Part shown: in pieces, positions 36,327 to 45,384 of the stretch
How the letters are laid out: every line of letters starts with the position of its first letter
Numbering within the stretch: the stretch's first letter is position 1
Virus record (IMG/VR): IMGVR_UViG_3300021957_000004
Direction: 5' to 3' (one strand)
DNA length: 64,000 nt
Source: a virus
Position numbers and translations under genes: made by a program
The notes under the pieces: model-generated
Databases searched by the model: none
What the model saw: only the letters and a program-made list of their open reading frames with translations
What the model was told of the DNA's origin: nothing

Positions 36327-38133
36327 ATCTGCTGGTTACAGATCCAAGAACAGAAGTTGCTCTTGTAATTGGACTTTGTACTACTGTTGATCGAATAGAA
36401 GTAGCATTAGTAACATTACCACCTGTTGCGTTAGTAATTACTGCGCTTACAGATTGACCTGCAGATTTCTGTGCTTCATTGGATTGTGACTTTGCTAATA
36501 TCTCACTGCCATCTACTGTAGTTTTCGGATCTACCTGGCTCGATATATCTGGCATTTCACCTGATAACATTTTTTCCATATCAGCATCTGTTTGTCCTGT
36601 ATCTGGACCTTTCTCTGCCGCAGCTGCTTCATTCTTAGCTCTTATCTCATCAGCTGCTCTTTTACCTCTTCCGGTATCAAGACCCTTAGAGATAGCATCT
36701 AATGCTGACGTGTCGAAATCATCTCCAAATAACCATTTGGCTGCTCTCTTACCTAAGAAGGATATCATTTTTCTTGGGATGTATGTAATCCCATTTACGA
36801 TCGATGCTAAGAAGTCAACAAAATATAACATTGCAACTTTTAACGTATCCATTATACTTGCGCCAGGTCCTAATGAATCTTGTAGCTTTTTAAACCCGAA
36901 GTATAAACCACCTATTAATGCCATGATAGCTAATATAGGTACTAGTATTGGAGCCATCGCAACCACTATTGGTGTTATCGCTGTCATCATACTCATAAAT
37001 GCAGCATATAGAGTTGGGATAAATGTTCCCATCATAAAGATTCTAAATACCCTAGCTGCTTTTAGTGCAGTACCAATAACCTTAATTAACTTACCACCAA
37101 ACAATAATGCTAATGATCCAACTAATAGACCAAAGGTTCCCATGTTTTCTGAAAATAGTGATCCAGCTTCTTCAAAGTCACCACGTAAAAGAGCAGAGAT
37201 CGTATTAAATACAATAGAAGCTTTCTCTATTATATCAACCATGATTGCTTGGAATTTTTCTGGATCTAAGAACATTAAAGCTAAACCAGTTAGTCCAGCT
37301 AGAAGTCCTGCTCCTTTAGCTCCTGCGGAAACCGTTTCATCGAACTTATCACCAAACTCTTCGAAACCTTTAGCCATTTGGAATAATCTAGAGTTAGCTT
37401 CTTCGTTAAGCTTTCGTGCCTCTCTTCTGTTTTCTTCTGATTCTGCACCTTTTGCTATTTCAGCAAGTTGAGCATTAGCAAGTTCTATCCCTCTATCATC
37501 ACCATCTTCTATTGCTGATTTTAGATCTTCGTTTGCTTTATTATATGAATCTTGTAATTCTTTAACTTCACCCTTTAGGTTTCTTCCGAAAGCTCCGCCA
37601 AGTTTTTTTAATGATCTTTGTAGATCTTTATTTAAAGTATCATCATCTAAAACTTTTTTACTTTCTTCAAGCTTTGATATAATACCTTTTACGCCTTCAA
37701 GATTATTTTTACTCTCTTGATCGTTCCAAGTTGTTTGTAATTTTAAAAGATCACTAGATTGTGATTCAATAGCGGTTAGTTCTTTTAATCTATTATCTAA
37801 GGTTTTGTCAGTTTTAGATCCGGCAAGAAGTTCAACAGAAGCATTCAAAGCCTTCTGCATTTTTTCTGCAGATTTATATTCTCCTGTTGCTCTTAACTCA
37901 TCTATTTTTAGCTGAGCATCTTGCATTTTAACAAGAGCATCTGCTTTGACCTGTGCTCGTTTAGATGCTCCGTCCGTGGCATTGATTAACTTATTAAGAT
38001 GTTTATTCGTAGATACAACTTCTTTCTTAGTATCTTTCTCTACTTTTTTATCTTCCTTCTTTGACTTTGCCGGCTCTTTTCTTTCTGCTATCGGCTTTTG
38101 CTTTGAAGTTGTAGGTTTTTTATCGTCTGCCAT
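36325..38133 (-). CDS. Tape-measure-like / baseplate hub protein
   Basis: Long coiled coil plus hydrophobic Ala/Gly segments; located after gp26/gp51. Confidence 0.6.
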   Translation of the reverse strand: MADDKKPTTSKQKPIAERKEPAKSKKEDKKVEKDTKKEVVSTNKHLNKLINATDGASKRAQVKADALVKMQDAQLKIDELRATGEYKSAEKMQKALNASVELLAGSKTDKTLDNRLKELTAIESQSSDLLKLQTTWNDQESKNNLEGVKGIISKLEESKKVLDDDTLNKDLQRSLKKLGGAFGRNLKGEVKELQDSYNKANEDLKSAIEDGDDRGIELANAQLAEIAKGAESEENRREARKLNEEANSRLFQMAKGFEEFGDKFDETVSAGAKGAGLLAGLTGLALMFLDPEKFQAIMVDIIEKASIVFNTISALLRGDFEEAGSLFSENMGTFGLLVGSLALLFGGKLIKVIGTALKAARVFRIFMMGTFIPTLYAAFMSMMTAITPIVVAMAPILVPILAIMALIGGLYFGFKKLQDSLGPGASIMDTLKVAMLYFVDFLASIVNGITYIPRKMISFLGKRAAKWLFGDDFDTSALDAISKGLDTGRGKRAADEIRAKNEAAAAEKGPDTGQTDADMEKMLSGEMPDISSQVDPKTTVDGSEILAKSQSNEAQKSAGQSVSAVITNATGGNVTNATSIRSTVVQSPITRATSVLGSVTSR

Positions 38134-38142
38134 TAGTTAGTC

Positions 38143-38526
38143 CTAATCTGGGTTACTGTCACCGTGTTCTTTTGCTGCACTTGATGTATATAAACCGAAC
38201 CAAGCTGCGCCTGCACCTACTAAGATACTGATTAAGCCTGATTGCTCAAGTGATGGTTCTGGTAATTCCATAAACCAGAATGTAGCATAATATAATAAGT
38301 ACATGTAAATAGATAAGAATAGTCTCGGTATAACTCTCCATGCATCTAGTGTTTTAGCTGCAAAGACCCATTTTTGCCACGGGTTCTTCCTATCATTTGT
38401 TGTTAATTCAAAAATTTCTTGTTTTAATTCACCAATCTCGGTAACCATAGCCATAAACTTTTTAAGGTCTATTTCTACTTCATTACGATCCATGTCACCT
38501 TGAAACTGTCCTGTTGGTTGATTCAT
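38143..38526 (-). CDS. Two-TM membrane protein
   Basis: DAWRVIPRLF...YYATFWFM...LVGAGAAWFGLY; GAGG RBS. Confidence 0.7.
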   Translation of the reverse strand: MNQPTGQFQGDMDRNEVEIDLKKFMAMVTEIGELKQEIFELTTNDRKNPWQKWVFAAKTLDAWRVIPRLFLSIYMYLLYYATFWFMELPEPSLEQSGLISILVGAGAAWFGLYTSSAAKEHGDSNPD

Positions 38527-38527
38527 T

Positions 38528-38671
38528 TTATTTCCTCATTTTAGCTTGCTGTTGTTGCAACCTTTCGTTCTCCTTTTGGATATGATCCTGCAGGAGAGCA
38601 ATGTAAATTTCCCTCTCCCATGGCATCATATTTTCCAATTCGGTTAACGAATAACCGTGATGCTGCATCAT
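38528..38671 (-). CDS. gp51: Baseplate hub assembly protein gp51-like (not in ORF track; possibly made as a frameshift fusion to gp26)
   Basis: MMQHHGYSLTELENMMPWEREIYIALL; the frame stays open upstream to the gp26 end. Confidence 0.8.
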   Translation of the reverse strand: MMQHHGYSLTELENMMPWEREIYIALLQDHIQKENERLQQQQAKMRK

Positions 38672-38718
38672 TGCAAAGTTAGTCTTGTAATGGTTTACAA
38701 GGCTATCATGCGAGAGGC

Positions 38719-39429
38719 CTAAGTAAAAAAACTTTGAAGACCTTTTAGTTCTACTTTGTTTTCTTTACTACACTTAATACATTTATACTCTATATCATGA
38801 GTTAATGTTGGAACTGTTTCAAAGAAAGCAGATATCAATTTGAATTGTGGTGCGGTTAAGTTATTCACAAATGCCTCAACAGATTCTCTTGGTTCGTCTT
38901 TCGTATCATATACTCCATCATCATCAAATATTGTATCAATACAATCAATAACTAAATCAAACGCACCTTCTGCTTTCGCTAGGTGGGATTCATCATATTT
39001 TTCTATATCCATTATTCCAGGATATCTAAGCGTTACGCCTATATCCTTATCTATAATAACGGTGTTAGATTCTGGAAGATCTGTTAGATTTATTTCTTCT
39101 AAATTAACTCGGACTGGTGTAACGGAATTACACGTTTCATCTAAGCATTTAAGTTCTAAATCTACGATCTCGCCAACAGACTTTGAACGTAAGGCTAAAA
39201 ACATTTTTTCGAAATCAAAAAGTGTAAAATGATTCATGTCTAGTTTCTCATATACACAATCTTCGATTATATCTTTTAAAGTTCTAATAATCATTTTTTG
39301 ATCTTTCGATTCTAAAGCAATCATTAAAAGTTTTTCTTCCTTTACATTATAAGGTCTGTATTCTATTTGTTCTCCTGTACTCGGCAAAATTGTCGTGTAC
39401 CTAGAACTATTCACTACTGGCAAAGCCAT
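38719..39429 (-). CDS. gp26: Baseplate hub assembly chaperone gp26-like
   Basis: MALP, YRPYNVKEEK.L..A.ES, FL.LRSKSVGE, C..C, GLQSFF. Confidence 0.88.
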   Translation of the reverse strand: MALPVVNSSRYTTILPSTGEQIEYRPYNVKEEKLLMIALESKDQKMIIRTLKDIIEDCVYEKLDMNHFTLFDFEKMFLALRSKSVGEIVDLELKCLDETCNSVTPVRVNLEEINLTDLPESNTVIIDKDIGVTLRYPGIMDIEKYDESHLAKAEGAFDLVIDCIDTIFDDDGVYDTKDEPRESVEAFVNNLTAPQFKLISAFFETVPTLTHDIEYKCIKCSKENKVELKGLQSFFT

Positions 39430-39440
39430 AATTTATTCTC

Positions 39441-40076
39441 CTAAGTAATAGTATTAATTGCGCTTCTTATTGCTGAACCTGTAGAACTCAAAGGTCCTTC
39501 AGGCACGAATCTATCGTAAGCAAAAGTTACGCTCATTTCAGTTACTGCATCTGTTTGGGCATTATCTAAAGCAATGCCTTCATAACTTACAGGATAAGCC
39601 TTTAAAAGCTTAACTCCATAGACCGGAATGTTCTTCTGGTTCAGTTGCTGTATTATCACGTCAACAGAATAATCATTTTTAAATCCTGTGACATATGATT
39701 CGGTATTAAATATGCCTGACTGCCATTGTTCAAGCATATTTCTCATATAATAATCATTTGTTAAATGGAATGTCATAGTAACATCCTCATCAATAAATGT
39801 ATATGGGTATTTGTTTTGTTGTTTGTCGTGATCGTGCTCAAATGTAGATAATGTTCTACCTGGCATATTAACTGATTTACATAAGATAGATATATCTCTT
39901 GGATCGTTAAGTAAATTACCAGCGCTAAAATTTCCTGATAATAGCGAGCTTACGATTTGTTGTGGATTAATGTTTAATAAAGAAACTGCAGGAGGTGCAA
40001 AAATAACATTGAATCTATTAGCTGGGGCTAATCCACCTTTCTTTGCTATTGTTGATTTTAAATTTTCAATATTCAT
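39441..40076 (-). CDS. Tail tube initiator / tube-like protein (gp54/gp19 family)
   Basis: GGLA.ANRFNV, C.SVNMPGR, L..AYPVS, VTFAY. Confidence 0.75.
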   Translation of the reverse strand: MNIENLKSTIAKKGGLAPANRFNVIFAPPAVSLLNINPQQIVSSLLSGNFSAGNLLNDPRDISILCKSVNMPGRTLSTFEHDHDKQQNKYPYTFIDEDVTMTFHLTNDYYMRNMLEQWQSGIFNTESYVTGFKNDYSVDVIIQQLNQKNIPVYGVKLLKAYPVSYEGIALDNAQTDAVTEMSVTFAYDRFVPEGPLSSTGSAIRSAINTIT

Positions 40077-40078
40077 TA

Positions 40079-40666
40079 TTACCCTCTAATGATTTTATTA
40101 GAATCAGCCCAAACTGCTGATTTACCTTTCTTCTTAAATTGTTCTGTTGGTAAGAATATAGCTATTTCCCATTCTGCCATAGGTACACGAACTATCTTTG
40201 AAGCTACGTGACCTGTTAGATAGTGTTTAAAGCAAGGTTTAAATTCTTTAAACTTTTTACTTGATTGCAATAAATTATATCTAGCTTTTATTCTACTTTT
40301 ATCTGTTATCTTTTTTGGCGCTGTTTTCATTAGCTCATCTAAAAACTTAGCTCTTACTCTCGGATTTAAATAATGTAAATTTAATCCGTAGAATCCACCA
40401 GGTGCAGGTTCAACCATTAGCACTAATGGAAATCTATCATAGTAAGGCAATTCTTCTTTATATTTAGGATCGTAAAAATACATGTACATATTTCCAAATA
40501 CCGTTTTTGTTACTGGATCTAATGCGTCATCTTTTAATAAAGATGTACGATTTACCTGACCTAATTTTTTTATATTAGCCTGAAACCATTTCTTGCTTTC
40601 TTCTGTTCTAGCAGTTATGCCAGCTCGGAATGCGCCTAATTCTAATGTATCAAATAAACTTGCCAT
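40079..40666 (-). CDS. gp2: DNA end protector gp2
   Basis: YFYDPKYKEELPYYDRFPL, GLNLHYL, PCFKHYL, LPTEQF. Confidence 0.92.
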   Translation of the reverse strand: MASLFDTLELGAFRAGITARTEESKKWFQANIKKLGQVNRTSLLKDDALDPVTKTVFGNMYMYFYDPKYKEELPYYDRFPLVLMVEPAPGGFYGLNLHYLNPRVRAKFLDELMKTAPKKITDKSRIKARYNLLQSSKKFKEFKPCFKHYLTGHVASKIVRVPMAEWEIAIFLPTEQFKKKGKSAVWADSNKIIRG

Positions 40667-40670
40667 AGTA

Positions 40671-41123
40671 CTATTTATGCTTTCCTGTTAGTAGTTTGAT
40701 CCCTAAATTCTTTAAAGTATCTTCTGTCCACACCTGGAACTTCCACCCTTTATGTTCAGCAAACTGTGATGCAGCATTCCATTTATCTGTATTTTTAATA
40801 AATGTGGTTACTTCTCTTAAATGTTTCTTGGTTTTTCTTCCGCCTTTTGGTGGAACCGTTTCTTTCTTCGGTTTAATTTCAACTAAATATACATCACCAT
40901 TGGTCATTTCTATTAATAAGTCAACAAAATAACGGTGTATTCTTCCGTCCACTTGCCATTTATATGGTACAACTACTTCTTCACTGTTCCAAAAACGTAT
41001 GTTTGGATTAGCTTCGCACCATTTAAACGCTTGTCTTTCCCATAAAGATCTATATTGTACTTTACTTGCATCGCCTGCATACTTTGATTTGTTTTTTATT
41101 GTGTATTTGCCTTTGTAACTCAT
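40671..41123 (-). CDS. gp4: Head completion nuclease gp4
   Basis: MSYKGKY...KYAGD...YRSLWE, WNSEE, HRYFVD, EIKP, KW.AA; start reassigned to 41123. Confidence 0.92.
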   Translation of the reverse strand: MSYKGKYTIKNKSKYAGDASKVQYRSLWERQAFKWCEANPNIRFWNSEEVVVPYKWQVDGRIHRYFVDLLIEMTNGDVYLVEIKPKKETVPPKGGRKTKKHLREVTTFIKNTDKWNAASQFAEHKGWKFQVWTEDTLKNLGIKLLTGKHK

Positions 41124-41167
41124 ATAAATAAACCTATAATAATTAATTTTATACAGGTATTTATATG
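41121..41167. promoter_or_regulatory. Face-to-face late promoters forming a 10-bp inverted repeat
   Basis: CATATAAATA (41121-41130) and TATTTATATG (41158-41167). Confidence 0.75.
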
Positions 41168-41995
41168 GCTTCAATATTAACTTTCCCAAGAACTCTTCGC
41201 AGTGCAGCGGATGATAAAATGCCACATATTGGATTTTCTCTTACTGGTAAAAATAAACCAGATGCTACAGAAATAGATAGAGTACATTTATTCATTCCAT
41301 CTGGATTTTCAGTAAAAGACGGTGCGTCATTTCAAGGTTTAGAGCTTGGTACTATTAATGCTATGAAACAAGTTGCTGATACCGTAAAGAAAGGCGAAAG
41401 TGTTGATTCTTCAGATATATTTTCAGGTACAGATGCTACTGTAATGGGAATGAAAGCTATTGAAGGTCTTACAGGTGGAGCAGGTGGTGCATCAGCAAAA
41501 GCTGCTATGGATCAAGGCGTTGCTTTTAACCCACAAACAGCATTGGCATTTGATGGTGTTGAATTAAGAACATTTTCCTTTGCGTTTAAGTTAGTACCAG
41601 AATCAAAAGAAGAAGCAGAAGACGCAAGACGAATAGAAAACTTTTTTAGAAAATACTTATATCCAGAAGCTGCAGGAGCTTTTTCACTTAAGTATCCTCC
41701 TAAATTTAAAATACAATTCTTTGTTGGTGAAGAAGAAAACACATATATGCCAATGATACACGATTGCTATTTATCTGGGGTTCAGGCAAACTTTAATCCA
41801 GACGGTAATTCATTCTATATAGATGGACAACCAACTGCCATTGAATTATCATTAGAATTCTCAGAAGCGAAACAACTTACAAGAAATGATTTATATATTA
41901 AGAGCACAGGAGGTAGTGATCCTGAATATGATTACACAAGACCAGGATCATTCCCAAATGAATCTTCAGCTGGTAAATCCGGAGGTCAAGGATAA
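41165..41995 (+). CDS. gp48: Baseplate tail-tube cap gp48-like
   Basis: NP....FDGV.LRTFSFAFKLVPES..EA, YPPKF, L.F.E. Confidence 0.8.
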   Translation: MASILTFPRTLRSAADDKMPHIGFSLTGKNKPDATEIDRVHLFIPSGFSVKDGASFQGLELGTINAMKQVADTVKKGESVDSSDIFSGTDATVMGMKAIEGLTGGAGGASAKAAMDQGVAFNPQTALAFDGVELRTFSFAFKLVPESKEEAEDARRIENFFRKYLYPEAAGAFSLKYPPKFKIQFFVGEEENTYMPMIHDCYLSGVQANFNPDGNSFYIDGQPTAIELSLEFSEAKQLTRNDLYIKSTGGSDPEYDYTRPGSFPNESSAGKSGGQG

Positions 41996-42834
41996 TGGCA
42001 TTCTTTAAACAATTTCCTAAAGTACAATATGACTTCGAAAGAAATGGAATAGTACAAAACGTGGTTAACATTTACAGAAGTGTTAGACCTTTACAAAATT
42101 TTATTGATGACTCTACTGCATATACTTTTTATGAAATTAAAAATGGCGAAAGGCCTGATATAGTTTCACAAAGGTTATATGATAACCCAAATTATTATTG
42201 GACGTTCTTTATTGTAAATGATATACTACATGATGGTATGCGTGCATGGCCAATGAGCCAAGAAGATCTATTTGATTACTTAGAAGTTGAATATGAAGGT
42301 TATGTTATTAATACTAACCCGAGTATTGTTCGAAACACTGATGGTATTATAACTAAGTTTACAGATAGTTTAGCTGGTTCAGTTCCAAATGTTTCAAATG
42401 GAGCATTTAATATGGGTGAAACTGTTACAGGTTCTATATCCGGATTCAGTGGTCAACTAACTAAAAAGAATGTAGATTTAAATCAATTGGTAATACAAAA
42501 CGTAAATTCAAAAGCACCACTTGGTGATCCAGAAGCTATAAGCGGTGGTACTGAATTGTTAATTGGTCAAACCTCAGGTGATTCTGTTGGTACTTATCAA
42601 GCATACAAATATTCAGAAGCACCACATCATTATTATATAACTGGTGATAAAGAAAAAAGACAAGTGACAAATGCACAATTCATACAAGGTGGAGAACCTT
42701 CCTCCAATTTAAGTTTCCAAACAAATAGATCTTATGTGAATGAATTAAACGAGGAAAGGTCCAGAATAAGGGTGGTTGATCCAGCCTATATAGATCGATT
42801 TGCAGATGAGTTTGAGAAAATATTAAATGTCTAG
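41995..42834 (+). CDS. gp53: Baseplate wedge gp53
   Basis: FFKQFP.V.Y, GERPDIVSQRLYDNPNYYW, WPMS, PHHY, NEERSRI. Confidence 0.85.
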   Translation: MAFFKQFPKVQYDFERNGIVQNVVNIYRSVRPLQNFIDDSTAYTFYEIKNGERPDIVSQRLYDNPNYYWTFFIVNDILHDGMRAWPMSQEDLFDYLEVEYEGYVINTNPSIVRNTDGIITKFTDSLAGSVPNVSNGAFNMGETVTGSISGFSGQLTKKNVDLNQLVIQNVNSKAPLGDPEAISGGTELLIGQTSGDSVGTYQAYKYSEAPHHYYITGDKEKRQVTNAQFIQGGEPSSNLSFQTNRSYVNELNEERSRIRVVDPAYIDRFADEFEKILNV

Positions 42835-44140
42835 TGTAAGCAGTAGATCCGTCGAAGGCGTTGATGGAAATATAACCCCTGATTCTTATATATTGGAATC
42901 AGTTAAGTTCTTTCCTAACTCTGGTAAAAAAGAAATTGATATTAAATCTTTCGTACAACAACTAGAATTCTATGAAGATATTAATACGCCTTTTATTGAA
43001 GGTATCATTTATATACAAGATGCTGCTAACTTCCTAGAAGAACAAAAAGTAAATGGTAATGAAAGATTAGAGGTTAAAGTAAAAAGAACTCCTCTCGATG
43101 GTACACAAGAAAAAGTTTCTAAATTCGAATTAACGTTATATATTGCAGAAGTATTTAACTTTGTTCGAGAAGCACCAGGTAAACAATTCTATAAATTTAG
43201 AGTCGTATCAGAACAGTTATATAATAACCAAGGTAAAACATTACAAAGATCTTTTCAAGGATCTATAGGTAAATTAGTAAAAGACATTTGTAAGAAAGAT
43301 CTTAAGATAAATGCTAAACTAAACCTAGACACTAAAGATATTATTAAAGGGGTTTATCCAACGCTAAGACCTATTCAAGCTATTAATTGGTTATTGAAAA
43401 ATGCATACGATAACGGTACACCTTATTATTTCTATGAAACATTAAAAGATGGATTACATTTTAATTCATTAGAGAATTTATACGAGCAAGAACAATATGA
43501 GGAATATGAATTCCTTCCTTATTTTAAACATGACATCGGAACAAGTGGTTCTTATAACGAAATAAGAAAAAGAATAATAGCTTTTGGTAGTGATTTAGGT
43601 ATGGGTAAGTTAAATGATGTTGGTTCGGGTGCGTACGCGAGCACGCTCCATACGGTCGACCTCGCGAAGAAATCATATAAGAAAACATTTTATAACTACG
43701 ATTCAGCTAACCCAAAAAAATTAAACAAAAATAAACCATTTAGCGATAACACTAAAATCTTAGATAGAAACTTAGTTGATCTAAAAGAAGGAAAGAACTA
43801 TTTTATTTCTTTAAATAGTGAAGCATTTCCTTTACACAAGAATTACCACGGTCCAGCTTATACCACAATATTAAAATCAGAATCACATTTACAAACATTA
43901 GGATTTAATACCCACACGATAGCTTTACCAGGGGATTTTGGTTTATGTGTTGGATCTAAAATAGGTATTGTTACAATCAAGCCGACAACAATAGAAGATG
44001 CAGATCAAGCCCCAGTTATGTTAGATAAATACACAGGTGGAAATTACTTAGTCACAAGAATAGTACATAAGTTTGATGACTTCTATACACAAAAATTAAC
44101 TATACAAAGAGATTCAAGTGGGGTAAGTGTAGATGCGTAA
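42827..44140 (+). CDS. Baseplate hub / tail protein (gp27-like position)
   Basis: YEDI..PFI.G, YYFYET, G.YLVTRIVHKF; lies between gp53 and gp5. Confidence 0.6.
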   Translation: MSSVSSRSVEGVDGNITPDSYILESVKFFPNSGKKEIDIKSFVQQLEFYEDINTPFIEGIIYIQDAANFLEEQKVNGNERLEVKVKRTPLDGTQEKVSKFELTLYIAEVFNFVREAPGKQFYKFRVVSEQLYNNQGKTLQRSFQGSIGKLVKDICKKDLKINAKLNLDTKDIIKGVYPTLRPIQAINWLLKNAYDNGTPYYFYETLKDGLHFNSLENLYEQEQYEEYEFLPYFKHDIGTSGSYNEIRKRIIAFGSDLGMGKLNDVGSGAYASTLHTVDLAKKSYKKTFYNYDSANPKKLNKNKPFSDNTKILDRNLVDLKEGKNYFISLNSEAFPLHKNYHGPAYTTILKSESHLQTLGFNTHTIALPGDFGLCVGSKIGIVTIKPTTIEDADQAPVMLDKYTGGNYLVTRIVHKFDDFYTQKLTIQRDSSGVSVDA

Positions 44141-44900
44141 TGATATGTTTGTAGATGGAACCTTTACTTGGTTCATGGGTGTTATAGAAAATGTAATAGA
44201 TCCTAAAAAAAGAAATAGAGTAAAGGTAAGATGCTTTGGTTATCACACCGACGATAAGGCATTATTAGCAACTTCTGATTTACCGTGGGCAACAGTTATG
44301 ATGCCAAACACTTCTCCAAGTGTAGATGGTATAGGAATGAATCACCAGCTATTAACAGGAAGTTGGGTGATTGGATTCTTTAGAGATGGACCAAGTGCAC
44401 AAGACCCTATTGTAATGGGTAGTTTAGCTTCATTCACAGAAGAAGCACCAGATCAATCTAGGGGCTTTACAGGCAACTACGGTAATACCGCAGGCAAAGA
44501 AGATCTGCCTACAGAGGTTGATCTGTTTAATGAAAATCAAGTTATTAAAACCATGGGTGGGCATTTAATTGAATTAGATAATACCTTAGGTCTAGAAAGA
44601 ATTAATGTTAAGCATTTTTCTGGAACAACTATATTAATTGATCCAGCCGGTGGAATACAAATCGATGCGGTAAATGATGTAGTTAATATAGATGGTAACG
44701 TAACTGTTACGGGTTATATACATGCTTCAGGAGATATTTCAACTGCTGCAGGAAATGATATCACTCTCGCATCTCATACGCACACGGAAGTACCTGGAAC
44801 TGGTGGACAAGCTTCACCTAACCCTGCAACACAAGAAACAACTGCTGGTAATGGCGGCGCGGGTCCTGTTGTACCTGAAGAAGAATCCGAATCCACCTGA
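44133..44900 (+). CDS. gp5: Short baseplate spike gp5 (OB-fold, no lysozyme domain)
   Basis: WFMGVIE...DP...RVKVRCFGYH, LPWA, GSWVIGFFRDG..AQDP; C-terminal HTH. Confidence 0.85.
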   Translation: MRNDMFVDGTFTWFMGVIENVIDPKKRNRVKVRCFGYHTDDKALLATSDLPWATVMMPNTSPSVDGIGMNHQLLTGSWVIGFFRDGPSAQDPIVMGSLASFTEEAPDQSRGFTGNYGNTAGKEDLPTEVDLFNENQVIKTMGGHLIELDNTLGLERINVKHFSGTTILIDPAGGIQIDAVNDVVNIDGNVTVTGYIHASGDISTAAGNDITLASHTHTEVPGTGGQASPNPATQETTAGNGGAGPVVPEEESEST

Positions 44901-44908
44901 TAAAAGAG

Positions 44909-44916
44909 TATAAATA
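44909..44916 (+). promoter_or_regulatory. Late promoter of gp25
   Basis: TATAAATA, ATG 5 nt downstream. Confidence 0.7.
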
Positions 44917-44921
44917 GATAC

Positions 44922-45383
44922 ATGGCAAATGAAACATCACCTTTAATACAATCCGACGCTAGTGTTAGTAAATCTATCTCTAAGTCAAAAATTGTTGCAA
45001 GAAGAAAAGGATATAGGGATTTAGACCTAGCATTAAAGATACATCCAATTAGAAAAGATTTAAATATATTAAAGGATGATAATGCTATTAAGAATGCAGT
45101 AAGAAATTTATTAATAAGTAATGCATTCGAGCGTCCGTTTCAACCACAACTTGGTGCTAATCTAAGAGGTTTATTATTTGAACCAGCAGATGCTATAACC
45201 AAGATAGCTATAAAAGAAAATGTAAGTAATGTGATTAAAGATTATGAACCGAGAGTTAAATTACTTTCAGTTGCTATAAACGATTTATCTGATCAGAATG
45301 CTTATAGATTAACAGTTAAATTTTTAATAAAAGAATATGACACAAACGAATCTGTGGAAATATTACTACGAAGGTTAAGATAA
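44922..45383 (+). CDS. gp25: Baseplate wedge gp25
   Basis: DLDL....HP, AIKNAVRNL, ERPFQP.LG, YEPRV. Confidence 0.92.
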   Translation: MANETSPLIQSDASVSKSISKSKIVARRKGYRDLDLALKIHPIRKDLNILKDDNAIKNAVRNLLISNAFERPFQPQLGANLRGLLFEPADAITKIAIKENVSNVIKDYEPRVKLLSVAINDLSDQNAYRLTVKFLIKEYDTNESVEILLRRLR

Positions 45384-45384
45384 A

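Noticed and set aside
36479-37471. 330-aa plus-strand ORF
   Set aside because: Antisense shadow of the tape-measure-like gene; no RBS or promoter, and it lies beyond the gp32 terminator
41124-41225. N-terminal extension of gp4 given by the ORF track
   Set aside because: It overlaps gp48 and the late promoters; the recognisable gp4 sequence begins at MSYKGKY (41123)
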